A model generated the notes under the pieces. It was not told where the DNA came from and ran no database searches. It saw only the letters and a program-made list of their open reading frames with translations. From an uncultured Spirochaetota bacterium (GTDB lineage Bacteria; Spirochaetota; Spirochaetia; SZUA-6; Fen-1364), in assembly GCA_963781885.1 (NCBI GenBank), contig CAWAHW010000002.1, positions 192,001 through 256,000 of the forward strand: 64,000 nt of DNA, read 5' to 3'. Position 1 is the stretch's first letter. Each line of letters starts with the position of its first letter. Both the position numbers and the translations under genes were made by a program. Positions 8,438 to 18,190 of the stretch are shown here, piece by piece.

Positions 8438-11238
8438 AAATCGCCTTCACCTTGAACCGCGTGGCGCGCAGCGTTACGGCAGAGCCGGGCGAATGCCTCC
8501 AGGAGCTCCTTCAACGCATCGGCATTCCCTCCGTGCGCGGCGCAGACGACGGCGAAGGATTCGCCGGCGCCGACACGATACTCTTCGACGGGAAGGCGAT
8601 GCTCGCCAGCCTCATGGTCGCGGCGCAGGCCGACGGCCACTCCATCGAGACGGTGGAAAGCCTCATGGAGAACGGCCGCCTCTCGGCGCTGCAGGGCGCC
8701 ATGCTCGACGCGGGTGTCGTGCAGTCCGCGTACACCACCCCCGCCGCCGCCCTGCTCATCGAGGAGCTGCTCCGCCGCTCACCCGAGCCCACGGAGGAGC
8801 AGGTGCGGGACGCGCTTTCTGGTGTGTTCAGCAGGGCCACCGGTTACAAGCAGTTCTTCCAGGCCGTGGAGCTTGCGCGAAAGCGCCGCACGGATCCGGC
8901 ATCGACCATTTCCATTGAGGAGTTCCGCGACGACCTGCGGGTGGTGGGCAAGGTGCGCCGCCGGGTGGACGGGGTGAAGCTCGTTGCCGGCATGAAGGCG
9001 TACGTGGAGGATCGCGTCGAGCAGGGAAGCTGCACGCTCGTCATGCTGCGAAGTCCCCACGCGCACGCGAAGATACGCGGCATCGACATCGCCGCGGCAC
9101 TCGCGCTTCCCGGCATCGTCACGGTCATCACGCACCTGAGCTGCCCCGACGTCATGTACACGTTTGCCGGCCAGGGATTCCCCGAGCCGTCGCCGTACGA
9201 CTTCCGCATGTTCAGTCCCGTCGTGCGTCACGTCGGGGACAGGGTGGCTGCCGTGGTTGCCGAGGACGCGGCGACTGCCCGTGAGGCGGCAAAGCTCGTC
9301 GCGGTCGACTACGAAGTTCTCCCGGCTGCCCTCACGATGGACGATGCGATGGCGAACGGCGCCCCCGTCGTGCACGGCGATCACCTGGAGCGCATCACCT
9401 GCGAGCTTTCCATCGGATCGGATGCCCGGCGCAACCTCGCGGCGAGCGCCTCCGGCTCCATCGGCGACGTCGACAGGGGCTTCGCGGAAGCGGACGCCGT
9501 GGTGGAGCGCACGTATTCCACCAGCAAGGTCCAGTGCACGCCGCTTGAGTCGCACGTCGTCTATACGCGCATGGACGGGGATCGCCTGGTGATCCATGCA
9601 TCGACCCAGGTGCCCTGGCATCTGCGGCGCATCGTGGCGCGGGTCCTCGGGATCCGCGAGAACCGCATCCGGGTCATCAAGGAGCGCATCGGCGGCGGGT
9701 ACGGCAGCAAGCAGGACATACTCCTGGAGGACGTCTGCGCGTGGGCCACGTTCACGACCGGCAGGGCCGTGTTCTACAAGTACAACCGGGAGGAGGAGTT
9801 CATCGCTGCCACCACCCGGCACCCCATTCGCTACACCGTGAAGATGGGCGCCAAGAAGGACGGCACGCTCACGGCCATCCGGCTCACGGGTGACGCGGAT
9901 ACCGGCGCGTTCGGCAATCATGCCCTCACGGTGCCCATGAACAGCTGCTCGAAATCGCTGCCGCTCTGGCGATGCCCGAACATGGCCTTCGATCTGCGGA
10001 GCTGGTACACGAATGTCGTCTCGTCGGGCGCCTACCAGGGCTACGGCGCGCCGCAGGGCTCTTTCGCGGTCCAGATGGCGGCGGCGGAGCTTGCCGCGGC
10101 GCTCGGCATCGACCTGCTCGCGTTCATCCGCAAGAACCACGTACGGCAGGGCGACGTGCTGGAGATCCTGAAGAGCCTCGGGGAGGGAAGACCGGGGGAG
10201 GCCGTCACGGTGGGAAGCTGCGGCCTGGACAAGGCGCTGGAGGAAGGGGCCGCGAGCATCGGCTGGGGCGTGAAAGGCACGGACGCCAATCCCGACGTGC
10301 GCATCGGCAAGGGGGTGGCATTCATCCAGCAGGGCTCGGGTCTGCCGGGGCTCGACCAGGCATGCGCGAACGTGAAGCTCCTGTCGGACGGCACATTCAT
10401 GGTCCATTCCGGCGGATCGGACCTGGGCACCGGTCTGGACACCGTCCTTTCCAAGGTGACGGCGGAGACGCTCTGCTGCGACATGGACAATGTGGCCGTG
10501 CTCACCGGCGACACGGACATGACCCCCTTCGACAAGGGCGCCTATGCGTCCAGCGGCACCTTCTTCACGGGCAACGCCGTGCTGAAGGCCGCCCAGGCGC
10601 TCGCGGACCGCATGATCGACACGGTCGCGGGCATTCTGAAAGAGCCGCGCGACGGCGTGCACCTGGCCCACCCGGGCGTCGTGCAGGGCACGAAGGGATC
10701 CCTCACCTACGCCGCCCTTGCACACCGCTCCTCCTCGGGGCACGGAGAGGGCGAGCTCATGGGCAGCGCCTCCTTCGTCACGCATGAGAACGCCATCCCC
10801 TATGCGGCGCACTTCTGCGAGGTGGCGGTGAATACGCGCACCGGGGCCATCGACGTGCGCCGTTACCACGCCGTGCACGACTGCGGGACCCCCATCAACC
10901 CCGACCTTGCCATGGGCCAGGTCTACGGCGGCATCCTCAAGTCCATCGGGCACGCCCTGTACGAAGAGATGATGTTCGACGCGGAGGGGCGCTGCCTCAC
11001 CACGACCCTTGCCGACTACGGCGCTCCCATGATACAGGAGCTCCCGCGCGACGTGCGCGTCCGGCTCGTGCAGACCGACGATGCCTTCGGGCCGTTCGGC
11101 GGCAAGAGCGTCGCGGAGATCAGCGTGAACGGGGCGGCGCCGGCGCTCGCCGTCGCCATCCACGACGCGGTGGGTGTCTGGATACGCGACTGGCCCCTGA
11201 CACCGGAGAAAATCTTGAAGGCACTCGGGAGGTTCTGA
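8434..11238 (+). CDS. xdhD: Xanthine dehydrogenase family Mo-binding subunit fused to a degenerate Fe-S domain (XdhD/YgfN-like)
   Basis: LRSPHAHAKI, STQVPWHLRR, GGGYGSKQD, GAYQGYGAPQG, DKGAYASSGT, DCGTPINP; N-terminal DDGEGFAGAD as recalled for E. coli XdhD. Confidence 0.85.
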   Translation: MKIAFTLNRVARSVTAEPGECLQELLQRIGIPSVRGADDGEGFAGADTILFDGKAMLASLMVAAQADGHSIETVESLMENGRLSALQGAMLDAGVVQSAYTTPAAALLIEELLRRSPEPTEEQVRDALSGVFSRATGYKQFFQAVELARKRRTDPASTISIEEFRDDLRVVGKVRRRVDGVKLVAGMKAYVEDRVEQGSCTLVMLRSPHAHAKIRGIDIAAALALPGIVTVITHLSCPDVMYTFAGQGFPEPSPYDFRMFSPVVRHVGDRVAAVVAEDAATAREAAKLVAVDYEVLPAALTMDDAMANGAPVVHGDHLERITCELSIGSDARRNLAASASGSIGDVDRGFAEADAVVERTYSTSKVQCTPLESHVVYTRMDGDRLVIHASTQVPWHLRRIVARVLGIRENRIRVIKERIGGGYGSKQDILLEDVCAWATFTTGRAVFYKYNREEEFIAATTRHPIRYTVKMGAKKDGTLTAIRLTGDADTGAFGNHALTVPMNSCSKSLPLWRCPNMAFDLRSWYTNVVSSGAYQGYGAPQGSFAVQMAAAELAAALGIDLLAFIRKNHVRQGDVLEILKSLGEGRPGEAVTVGSCGLDKALEEGAASIGWGVKGTDANPDVRIGKGVAFIQQGSGLPGLDQACANVKLLSDGTFMVHSGGSDLGTGLDTVLSKVTAETLCCDMDNVAVLTGDTDMTPFDKGAYASSGTFFTGNAVLKAAQALADRMIDTVAGILKEPRDGVHLAHPGVVQGTKGSLTYAALAHRSSSGHGEGELMGSASFVTHENAIPYAAHFCEVAVNTRTGAIDVRRYHAVHDCGTPINPDLAMGQVYGGILKSIGHALYEEMMFDAEGRCLTTTLADYGAPMIQELPRDVRVRLVQTDDAFGPFGGKSVAEISVNGAAPALAVAIHDAVGVWIRDWPLTPEKILKALGRF

Positions 11239-12437
11239 TGGAAGCCCTGACCCCGCACGACATCCACCGCATGATCGATTCCCTCTCCGCCCCGGCCCTC
11301 GCGGAGCTTCACCGCAGGGATTTCCTCCTCACGTGGGACAAGAGCCGGGAAGGCCTCGAGGCGGTGCTCCAGTGCGCCCTGATCCTGAAGGCGCTGCGCG
11401 TGAGCAACATCTCCCCCCGGATCTACGACAGCGGCATCGCCGTGTCCCAGTTCCGCGACAACTCGACGCGGACGCGCTTCAGCTTCGCCTCCGCCTGCAA
11501 CCTGCTGGGTCTCACCGTCGCCGACCTCGACGAGGGCAAGTCCCAGGTGGCGCACGGAGAGACGGTGCGCGAAACGGCGAACATGATCTCCTTCATGGCG
11601 GAGGTGATCGGCATTCGCGACGACATGTACATCGGCAAGGGCCACGCGTACATGCTCGAGGTCGCGGAGGCCGTGGACCAGGGCTTCCGTGACGGCGTGC
11701 TGGAGCAGAGGCCCACGGTGGTGAATCTCCAGTGCGACATCGACCACCCCACGCAGTCGATGGCGGACCTCCTCCACATCGTGGACGACGTGGGCGGCTT
11801 CTCCCATCTGAAGGGGAAGAAGGTCGCCATGACCTGGGCGTATTCCCCGTCCTATGGCAAGCCGCTTTCGGTCCCGCAGGGCGTCATCGGGCTGTTCACC
11901 CGGTTCGGCATGGACGTGCGCCTGGCGTATCCCGAAGGCTACTCGCTCATGCCGGATGTCGTGCAGAATGCCGAGGGATTCGCGAAGCAGGCCCGCGGGG
12001 CATTCCGCGTCTGCTCCTCCATGAAGGAGGCATTCGACGGCGCCGATTTCGTCTACCCCAAGAGCTGGGCGCCGTTCTCCGTGATGGAGGAGCGCACGAG
12101 GATCGTGGAGACGGGTGACCGCCAGAAGCTTCAGGAGCTGGAGAGGCGCTGCCTGGAAAACAACGCGCGCTTTGCGGACTGGGAATGCACCACCGCGCTC
12201 ATGGGCGGCACCAACAACGCCACCTACCTGCACTGCCTGCCCGCGGACATCAGCGGCGTGAGCTGCCCGCGCGGGGAGGTGGCTGCCGACGTCTTCGACA
12301 AATTCCGCGGCCCCCTGTACCGGCAGGCGAGCTTCAAGCCGTATATCATCGCGGCCATGATCTTCACCAGCCGTATGGCGGATGCGCGCGCGTCGCTCTC
12401 CACGCTCCTGGACCGGATGGACAACCGGGCGCTGTGA
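11238..12437 (+). CDS. ygeW: Knotted carbamoyltransferase YgeW
   Basis: DFLLTWDKS, FRDNSTRTRFSFASA, NLQCDIDHPTQSMAD, MTWAYSPSYGKPLSVPQG, YLHCLPADI. Confidence 0.92.
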   Translation: MEALTPHDIHRMIDSLSAPALAELHRRDFLLTWDKSREGLEAVLQCALILKALRVSNISPRIYDSGIAVSQFRDNSTRTRFSFASACNLLGLTVADLDEGKSQVAHGETVRETANMISFMAEVIGIRDDMYIGKGHAYMLEVAEAVDQGFRDGVLEQRPTVVNLQCDIDHPTQSMADLLHIVDDVGGFSHLKGKKVAMTWAYSPSYGKPLSVPQGVIGLFTRFGMDVRLAYPEGYSLMPDVVQNAEGFAKQARGAFRVCSSMKEAFDGADFVYPKSWAPFSVMEERTRIVETGDRQKLQELERRCLENNARFADWECTTALMGGTNNATYLHCLPADISGVSCPRGEVAADVFDKFRGPLYRQASFKPYIIAAMIFTSRMADARASLSTLLDRMDNRAL

Positions 12438-12499
12438 AGGATGCGCGCAAGGCAGGCGTTTGACCCGCACTAATCCGCCTGCGTACCTTCTCCCTCGGC

Positions 12500-13387
12500 A
12501 TGAAACTGCTGCTTGTCGAAAATCCCCACGCGGCGCACGACCGGGCGAAGCATCTCTTTGCGCCCATCGCTCACGCACTTTCCCGGGCCGGCATCGCCGT
12601 GGACACGAAGCTCACCGAGAGGCCGGGGCACGCGCGGCAGATCGTCGCCGGTTGCCGTTTCTCCGACTACGACGGCATCGTCGCGGCGGGCGGTGACGGC
12701 ACGCTCTTCGAGGTCGTCAACGGCCTGTACGAGAACAAGGGCGCCCGCGTGCCGCTCGGGGTGATCCCCATCGGCACGGGGAACGCGTTTGCGCGTGACC
12801 TCACCCTCACGAGCGGCGACTGGGAACAGGCGGTGGGGAACATCGCCGCGGGAAAGACCCGGCGCGCCGACGTGGGCCGGTTCACGACGCAGGGCCGCAC
12901 GCTGTACTACGTAAACATACTCGGCCTTGGTTTTGTCGCCGACGTCGTGGCCACCGCCAGCCGGCTCAAGCTGCTGGGCAATCTGTCCTACACGCTGGGC
13001 GTTCTTTTCCGTACGATCGGATTGCGGGCATACGGCATCCGCGTCGACGCGGACGGGCGTCTCATCGAGACGGAGGCGATCTTCACGGAGATCTCCAACA
13101 CCCGTTACACCTCGAATTTCCTCATGGCCCCGTCCGCGCGCATCGACGACGGCCTCCTGGACGTGACAATTCTGAAAAAGATCAATCGCCGCCGTCTCCT
13201 GCAGTGCTTTCCCCTGATCTTTTCCGGCGCGCACGTCACGATGCCCGAGGTGGAGTCATTCACCGTGCGGCACCTTTCCATCACGACGGACGCGCCGAAG
13301 GTCCTCACGCCGGACGGCGAGCTCCTGGGCAGCACGCCGATCGAGGTGGAGTGCCTTGGCGGCGACATCGAGGTCTTCGGCGCGTGA
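12500..13387 (+). CDS. Diacylglycerol/lipid kinase family protein (YegS/DgkB-like)
   Basis: ENP, AAGGDGTLFEVVNGL, IPIGTGNAFAR, DDGLLDV, DGE. Confidence 0.9.
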   Translation: MKLLLVENPHAAHDRAKHLFAPIAHALSRAGIAVDTKLTERPGHARQIVAGCRFSDYDGIVAAGGDGTLFEVVNGLYENKGARVPLGVIPIGTGNAFARDLTLTSGDWEQAVGNIAAGKTRRADVGRFTTQGRTLYYVNILGLGFVADVVATASRLKLLGNLSYTLGVLFRTIGLRAYGIRVDADGRLIETEAIFTEISNTRYTSNFLMAPSARIDDGLLDVTILKKINRRRLLQCFPLIFSGAHVTMPEVESFTVRHLSITTDAPKVLTPDGELLGSTPIEVECLGGDIEVFGA

Positions 13388-14091
13388 CGACGCTCGTGTC
13401 GCTGTACCGCTGGGCAGTGGGTCTTCCGTACATCGGCGTCATCTGCGTCATCGTTATCGTCAGCTCTCTCTTTGCCCCGTCGGCGGCCTATGACCCGTTC
13501 TTCAAGGCGGCGTTGCGCTTCCTGTTCCGCCTTCTCTTCATCCCCGTGCGCGTGACCGGTGAGGCAAAGATGCGCCCCGGACGGCCCGTCCTCTTCATGG
13601 CGAATCACGTGAGCATATTCGACTCGCCGCTCCTGGGCGGCTTTCTGCCCGGCATGGTGCGGGGCGTGGAATGGGCGCCGCACTTCCGCTGGCCGCTCTT
13701 CGGCCTCATGCTGCGGCGCATCGGGAACATCCCGATCGATCGCGACGACGTCTTTTCGTCCATGAAGAGCATGGCGCGCGCGCGCCGTCGCCTGGCCCGC
13801 GGCGAATCCCTTGCCATCATGCCGGAAGCCCACCGCACGCTGGACGGGAACCTCCGCCACTTCAAGAGGCTGCCGTTTCACATGGCGCGCGACGCGAGGG
13901 TGGACATCGTGCCGGTGGGCACCTCGGGCCTCTTCACCCTCAACAACAAGAGCTCCTGGAAGATCCGCACGACGCGCATCACGGTTGCGCTGGGGGAGCC
14001 GATCACGGCGGAGGAGGCGTCCGCCCACACGGTGGACGAGCTCCGCCGGATCATGCACCAGCGCATCCAGGGTCTTATCGCGCGGCCGTAG
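13384..14091 (+). CDS. plsC: 1-acyl-sn-glycerol-3-phosphate acyltransferase family
   Basis: NHVSIFD (HX4D), IPIDR, MPEAHRT; GTG start overlaps upstream stop (GTGA). Confidence 0.8.
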   Translation: MTTLVSLYRWAVGLPYIGVICVIVIVSSLFAPSAAYDPFFKAALRFLFRLLFIPVRVTGEAKMRPGRPVLFMANHVSIFDSPLLGGFLPGMVRGVEWAPHFRWPLFGLMLRRIGNIPIDRDDVFSSMKSMARARRRLARGESLAIMPEAHRTLDGNLRHFKRLPFHMARDARVDIVPVGTSGLFTLNNKSSWKIRTTRITVALGEPITAEEASAHTVDELRRIMHQRIQGLIARP

Positions 14092-15586
14092 CAGGGCGCG
14101 TGGCGCCCCGCGGTTTCTGCTGCCGTGCGCGCATTCCGCGGAGCGCCGCCCAGAGCACCAGCCCCAGCGCGAGCGCCATGCCCGCGTACGCGAACCATTC
14201 GCCGATGAGCGCATAGAGGGACGGCACCCTGCGCGTCGGTACATCGGCGAGCATCAACCGGTCGCTCGTCTCGAAGAACTCCTGCCGGGCCAGAACCCGG
14301 CCCGACCCGTCGACGGCCATCGAGGTGCCGTCATTCGTCTGGCGGACCACGGAGAAGCCGTTCTCCAGGCCGCGCAGGAGACCGACCTCCGTGTGATACG
14401 GCCTGATGCGCTCACGGTCGAATGCCGGTACCAGCACGATGTCGGTGCGCAGGGCGCCCAGCCGGTGGATGAATGACGGGAAGTCCATGTCGAAACAAAT
14501 GGCGGCGCCGATCCTGCCGTAGGGCGTGTCGACGGTCTTCAGGACGCCGTCGGAGCCCGTGGGGTACCAGGACATGGTCTTCACGTACGTGAATGCCCGG
14601 GTACCATCGGGTGCGAACATCACGATCTTGTTGTCGCTGATGGTGCTGCCGTAGTGCAGCACGACCATGGCGGGAGCGAAGTAGATCCCGTGGCTGCGGG
14701 CAAACTGCGCCGCCCGGTCCATGAATGCCTGCTCGTTGTCCTCCGTGAGCACGAGGTTGCCCTCCGACCAGAATATGATGCGCGCACCGGCGGCGGCCGC
14801 GCGCTCGCTCTGGGTCATGAGCTGTTCCTGGATGCCCTGGAGCTCCGCGGCATAGCCGGCCACGAGCGCGCGCGGCGTGGACTGGTCGATCCATGCCCAG
14901 TAGTCCCGGGGATGCGCGATGGTGACCGATCCGACGCGGACCGTCGGTGCGGAAGGCCGGGCAAGGGCGAAGCGCGCGCTGCCGAATGCAAGCAGGGCGA
15001 GTGTCACGGAGCCTGCCACGACGGCCAGTCTTTTTACGGAAGCAAAATCCCCACGGGCCTCCCAGAGAGTGTTGATCACCGACGCGATCCACCCGATGAG
15101 GAAGCCGACGCCCCAGGTGCCGAACAGAGAGGCGACCTGACTGACTGCGGGGAATCCCATCTGGGTCGCTGCGACGGACATGCCGCTTCCCAGCGGCGTG
15201 AGGGCGATTGCGTAGTCCACGACCAGGGCGACAGAGGGGTAGACGAGCGTGGATGCCCATTTCGGCAGGCGGCCGCGAAGCGCGCGGTCGAAGAAGAGCG
15301 CGGCAATGAGGGCGGCGGCCCGCAGGAAACTGAAGGTGTAGACCATCCAGGCATCCATGTCCCAACCGCCATTCATCTGCACGAACGAAGCGATTGCCAG
15401 CGCAAGCACGGCCGGCAGGGCCGCATACCAGCGCTTCTGGTCGCGGAAGTACCGGATGAGAAGCACCGCCGAGATCCAGGCGGCAATCGCGACATTGAAT
15501 CGCCAGCCGACGAATGCAAAACACCCGGCCCCGATGACGAGCAGAACCCACGGCCGGAAAATCCGCCAGAAACGCGCGGTGTCCAT
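14075..15586 (-). CDS. Membrane carbon-nitrogen hydrolase, apolipoprotein N-acyltransferase-like
   Basis: Multiple TM helices, then nitrilase triad WSEG / YVK / ICFD, RGLENGFSVVR; SD AGGAGG before ATG 15586. Confidence 0.75.
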   Translation of the reverse strand: MDTARFWRIFRPWVLLVIGAGCFAFVGWRFNVAIAAWISAVLLIRYFRDQKRWYAALPAVLALAIASFVQMNGGWDMDAWMVYTFSFLRAAALIAALFFDRALRGRLPKWASTLVYPSVALVVDYAIALTPLGSGMSVAATQMGFPAVSQVASLFGTWGVGFLIGWIASVINTLWEARGDFASVKRLAVVAGSVTLALLAFGSARFALARPSAPTVRVGSVTIAHPRDYWAWIDQSTPRALVAGYAAELQGIQEQLMTQSERAAAAGARIIFWSEGNLVLTEDNEQAFMDRAAQFARSHGIYFAPAMVVLHYGSTISDNKIVMFAPDGTRAFTYVKTMSWYPTGSDGVLKTVDTPYGRIGAAICFDMDFPSFIHRLGALRTDIVLVPAFDRERIRPYHTEVGLLRGLENGFSVVRQTNDGTSMAVDGSGRVLARQEFFETSDRLMLADVPTRRVPSLYALIGEWFAYAGMALALGLVLWAALRGMRARQQKPRGATRPATAAR

Positions 15587-15698
15587 GAAATCCTCCTGTG
15601 ATGATGTGAACAGCCTTTTTGACGTGCCCGCCGCGCCTTTCACTTCACCATTCTGACGCCATCTTGATTCCCGCTGCCTGCACCCGTAGCATCCGTGC

Positions 15699-16670
15699 AT
15701 GGAGCTTCCCGACGGTCTTCTCACCCAGGCGCTCAGTATCACCGCCGACGGTGCCCGCATTGTCGACGCAATGATCCGGGACGCGGACCGGCCCGCGCCG
15801 CGCTTCGGCGCCCCGGGCAGTGTCGAGGAGCTGCGCGTGCCGGTGGAGGGGGGAGAGATCCGCGTGTTCCACGTCCCCTGCGACGACCCCGCGGCCCGCA
15901 GGCCGGTGGTCATGGTGCCGGGTTTCGGTGCTACGCCGGAGGGCTTCCAGGACTTCTATGCGGCCGTGCAGGGCCGGGCGGAGCTCTACTACGTGGAGAC
16001 CCGGGAGAAGTCCAGCAGCAGGATATTCACCACTGGCGCGGACATGAGCGTCGGCCGCAGCGCGCGCGACGTGCAGCAGGCGCTCGAATGGATCGGGCTC
16101 GGCGGGTCGGGCGATTTTCTCCTCATGGCCCCCTGCTGGGGCGCGGCCATCGTGCTCGAGGGTCTCCGTGAAGGCTGCCTCCGTGCGCCGACGGTCGTGG
16201 TTGCCGACCCCATGCATGCCCTGTGGTTTCCGAAGCCGCTTCTGCGCTGGGCGGCGCCCATCGTTCCCGCGTCCTTTCTCCGGCTGCTCCGTCCCGTGAT
16301 CGCACGATCGATGCTGGGCGACATGCAGGAGCCGACGCAGAAGGAACGCGCGCTGGCGTTCGTGTACGGGGCTGACGTCTGGAAGTGGAAGACCGCGGCG
16401 CACGCTGCATGGGACTTCGAGCTGATCGGCAGGCTCGGGCAGATACGGCGCGAAGTCTTTGTCCTCAACGGCACCCGGGACAAGATCCACGACCAGACCT
16501 TCTATCCCCGCATCGCCGCGGAGATGCCTTGCGGACGATTCATCTCCATGCCCACCGACGAATCGAACCGCGAGAGACTCTTTGGCGTCGCGGCAGTGGA
16601 ATTTTCGCGTGTCTCGGCAGCCGATGGATTGCCGGGCTCACTTGCGCGCTTTGAAAAGAAAATTCGTTGA
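15699..16670 (+). CDS. Alpha/beta hydrolase fold protein
   Basis: PVVMVPGFG, ETREKSSS, VLNGTRDKIH; atypical nucleophile elbow APCWG. Confidence 0.6.
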   Translation: MELPDGLLTQALSITADGARIVDAMIRDADRPAPRFGAPGSVEELRVPVEGGEIRVFHVPCDDPAARRPVVMVPGFGATPEGFQDFYAAVQGRAELYYVETREKSSSRIFTTGADMSVGRSARDVQQALEWIGLGGSGDFLLMAPCWGAAIVLEGLREGCLRAPTVVVADPMHALWFPKPLLRWAAPIVPASFLRLLRPVIARSMLGDMQEPTQKERALAFVYGADVWKWKTAAHAAWDFELIGRLGQIRREVFVLNGTRDKIHDQTFYPRIAAEMPCGRFISMPTDESNRERLFGVAAVEFSRVSAADGLPGSLARFEKKIR

Positions 16671-16729
16671 CAAGGACTCTCTCCTGAGTTAACTTGACAT
16701 TCTAATATATGACTAATTTAGTCAGGTAT
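16667..16729 (+). promoter_or_regulatory. Promoter plus Rrf2/IscR type-1-like palindromic operator
   Basis: TTGACA 16667-16672, 17 bp, TAACTT; ATATATGACTAATTTAGTCAGGTAT at 16705-16729. Confidence 0.55.
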
Positions 16730-18184
16730 TACCGCGTGCTCCTGATGACGTCGCTTCTTGCGCTGGCCGTGCATCCGCTCACGGCCGCCAACCAGCACGC
16801 CGATCCCCTGTCGCCTGTCGCCGAGGTGGGCAGACAGAGCCTGCAGCTCCTTGCCGCGGGGAATGTCTCCGGCGCGGCCGCGGCGCTCGGGCAATTCGAG
16901 CCGCGCTGGTCGGCCGTGGAGGATGGCATCCGCGCGGAGAGCCCTGCGATTTACGCCCGCATCGAGGTGGCCTCCAGCCGCGCCGCTGCGGCGCTTTCTG
17001 CCGTTCCCCCCGACACCACGCGCGCGGCGCGGGCCCTGAATGACCTGATTGCCGCCACCGACGACTATTCCAGCGGCGCGGCGCGAGGCCAGGCCGCGCG
17101 GGCTCCCGCCGGTATCGCTGCCCTCGCGACACTCATCGGACAGGTGAAAGACTCCATCACCGGTGGCGACATGGCACAGGCCTCCGACCTCATGCAGAGC
17201 TTCACCGAGGTGTGGCCCCTGGCGGAGCCGGAGGTGAAGTCGCGGTCGGCGCAGGCATACGCGCACATCGAATCCGACATGACGCGGGCCTCCTCCTTCC
17301 TGCTCTCGGATGCGGCATCGCAGGTGAAAGCGCGCGAGCCCGTGGAGAGGATCAAGGCCGAGCTGGACGGGCTTTCAGCCGGGACGTCGTACAATGCCTG
17401 GGATGCCGGCCTCATCCTCTTCCGCGAAGGCATGGAAGCCCTCCTGATCATCGCTGCGCTGCTGGCGGCCCTGAAAAAGGCCGGTACGGGCTCGGGCGCC
17501 GGCGTCGTCTGGGCAGGTGCCGGGGTCGGGTTGCTCGGAAGCGTGATCATCGCCGTCATCATTGGATTCGCCATCAGCGGCGCCATGATCGGGTCCGCGC
17601 GCGAGGGGCTGGAAGGGATCGTGGGGCTCGCCTCGGTTCTCCTGATGCTCACGGTCGGTGCCTGGCTGCACAGCCGGTCCAGCCTCAAGGCCTGGAACGG
17701 CTTCGTGAAGGAAAAGGTGGGCACGGCAATCGCCGCCGGGCGCATGGGAGCGCTCTTCACGCTCGCGCTTTTCGCCGTCTTGCGGGAAGGCGTGGAAGCG
17801 GTGGTCTTCTATATCGGCATCGCGCCGGGCATCGGGGCGACGGCCCTTGTTGCCGGCATCGGCGGGGCGCTTCTCCTCCTGGTGGTGATCGGCTTTCTCG
17901 TCATCAGATTCAGTGTCAGGCTGCCGCTGCACTGGGTCTTCCTCGCCGCGACGGTGCTCATCTATTACCTTGCATTCAAGATTACGGGAACGAGCGTCCG
18001 GGCGCTCCAGTCAGCCGGCATGCTGCCCTCACATTTCGCCGAGGGTCTTCCCAGCGCGGGTTTCCTCGGCATGTCCCCGTCCTGGGAATCATTCGTGCCG
18101 CAGGCTTTCGTTCTCATGCTGGTGCTCGTGGAGGTGGCGCTCACCGAGACGCGGAGACTCGCCTCCCGACATCGCGGCGCCTGA
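16709..18184 (+). CDS. FTR1 family iron permease with extracytoplasmic N-terminal helical repeats (true start may be 16745)
   Basis: Two REGxE motifs (FREGMEA, LREGVEA); signal peptide; two internal repeats FxxxWxxxE...SxxxYAxIE. Confidence 0.9.
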   Translation: MTNLVRYYRVLLMTSLLALAVHPLTAANQHADPLSPVAEVGRQSLQLLAAGNVSGAAAALGQFEPRWSAVEDGIRAESPAIYARIEVASSRAAAALSAVPPDTTRAARALNDLIAATDDYSSGAARGQAARAPAGIAALATLIGQVKDSITGGDMAQASDLMQSFTEVWPLAEPEVKSRSAQAYAHIESDMTRASSFLLSDAASQVKAREPVERIKAELDGLSAGTSYNAWDAGLILFREGMEALLIIAALLAALKKAGTGSGAGVVWAGAGVGLLGSVIIAVIIGFAISGAMIGSAREGLEGIVGLASVLLMLTVGAWLHSRSSLKAWNGFVKEKVGTAIAAGRMGALFTLALFAVLREGVEAVVFYIGIAPGIGATALVAGIGGALLLLVVIGFLVIRFSVRLPLHWVFLAATVLIYYLAFKITGTSVRALQSAGMLPSHFAEGLPSAGFLGMSPSWESFVPQAFVLMLVLVEVALTETRRLASRHRGA

Positions 18185-18190
18185 CACAGC

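Noticed and set aside
8779-11163. Long antisense or alternate-frame ORFs (also 18293..20539, 45451..47100, 41890..43449 and many shorter)
   Set aside because: Arg/Ala/Pro/Gly-rich shadows of real genes, expected at this GC content; no motifs
7652-12437. Selenocysteine read-through in the molybdoenzyme operon
   Set aside because: ORFs are full length with no in-frame TGA at catalytic positions
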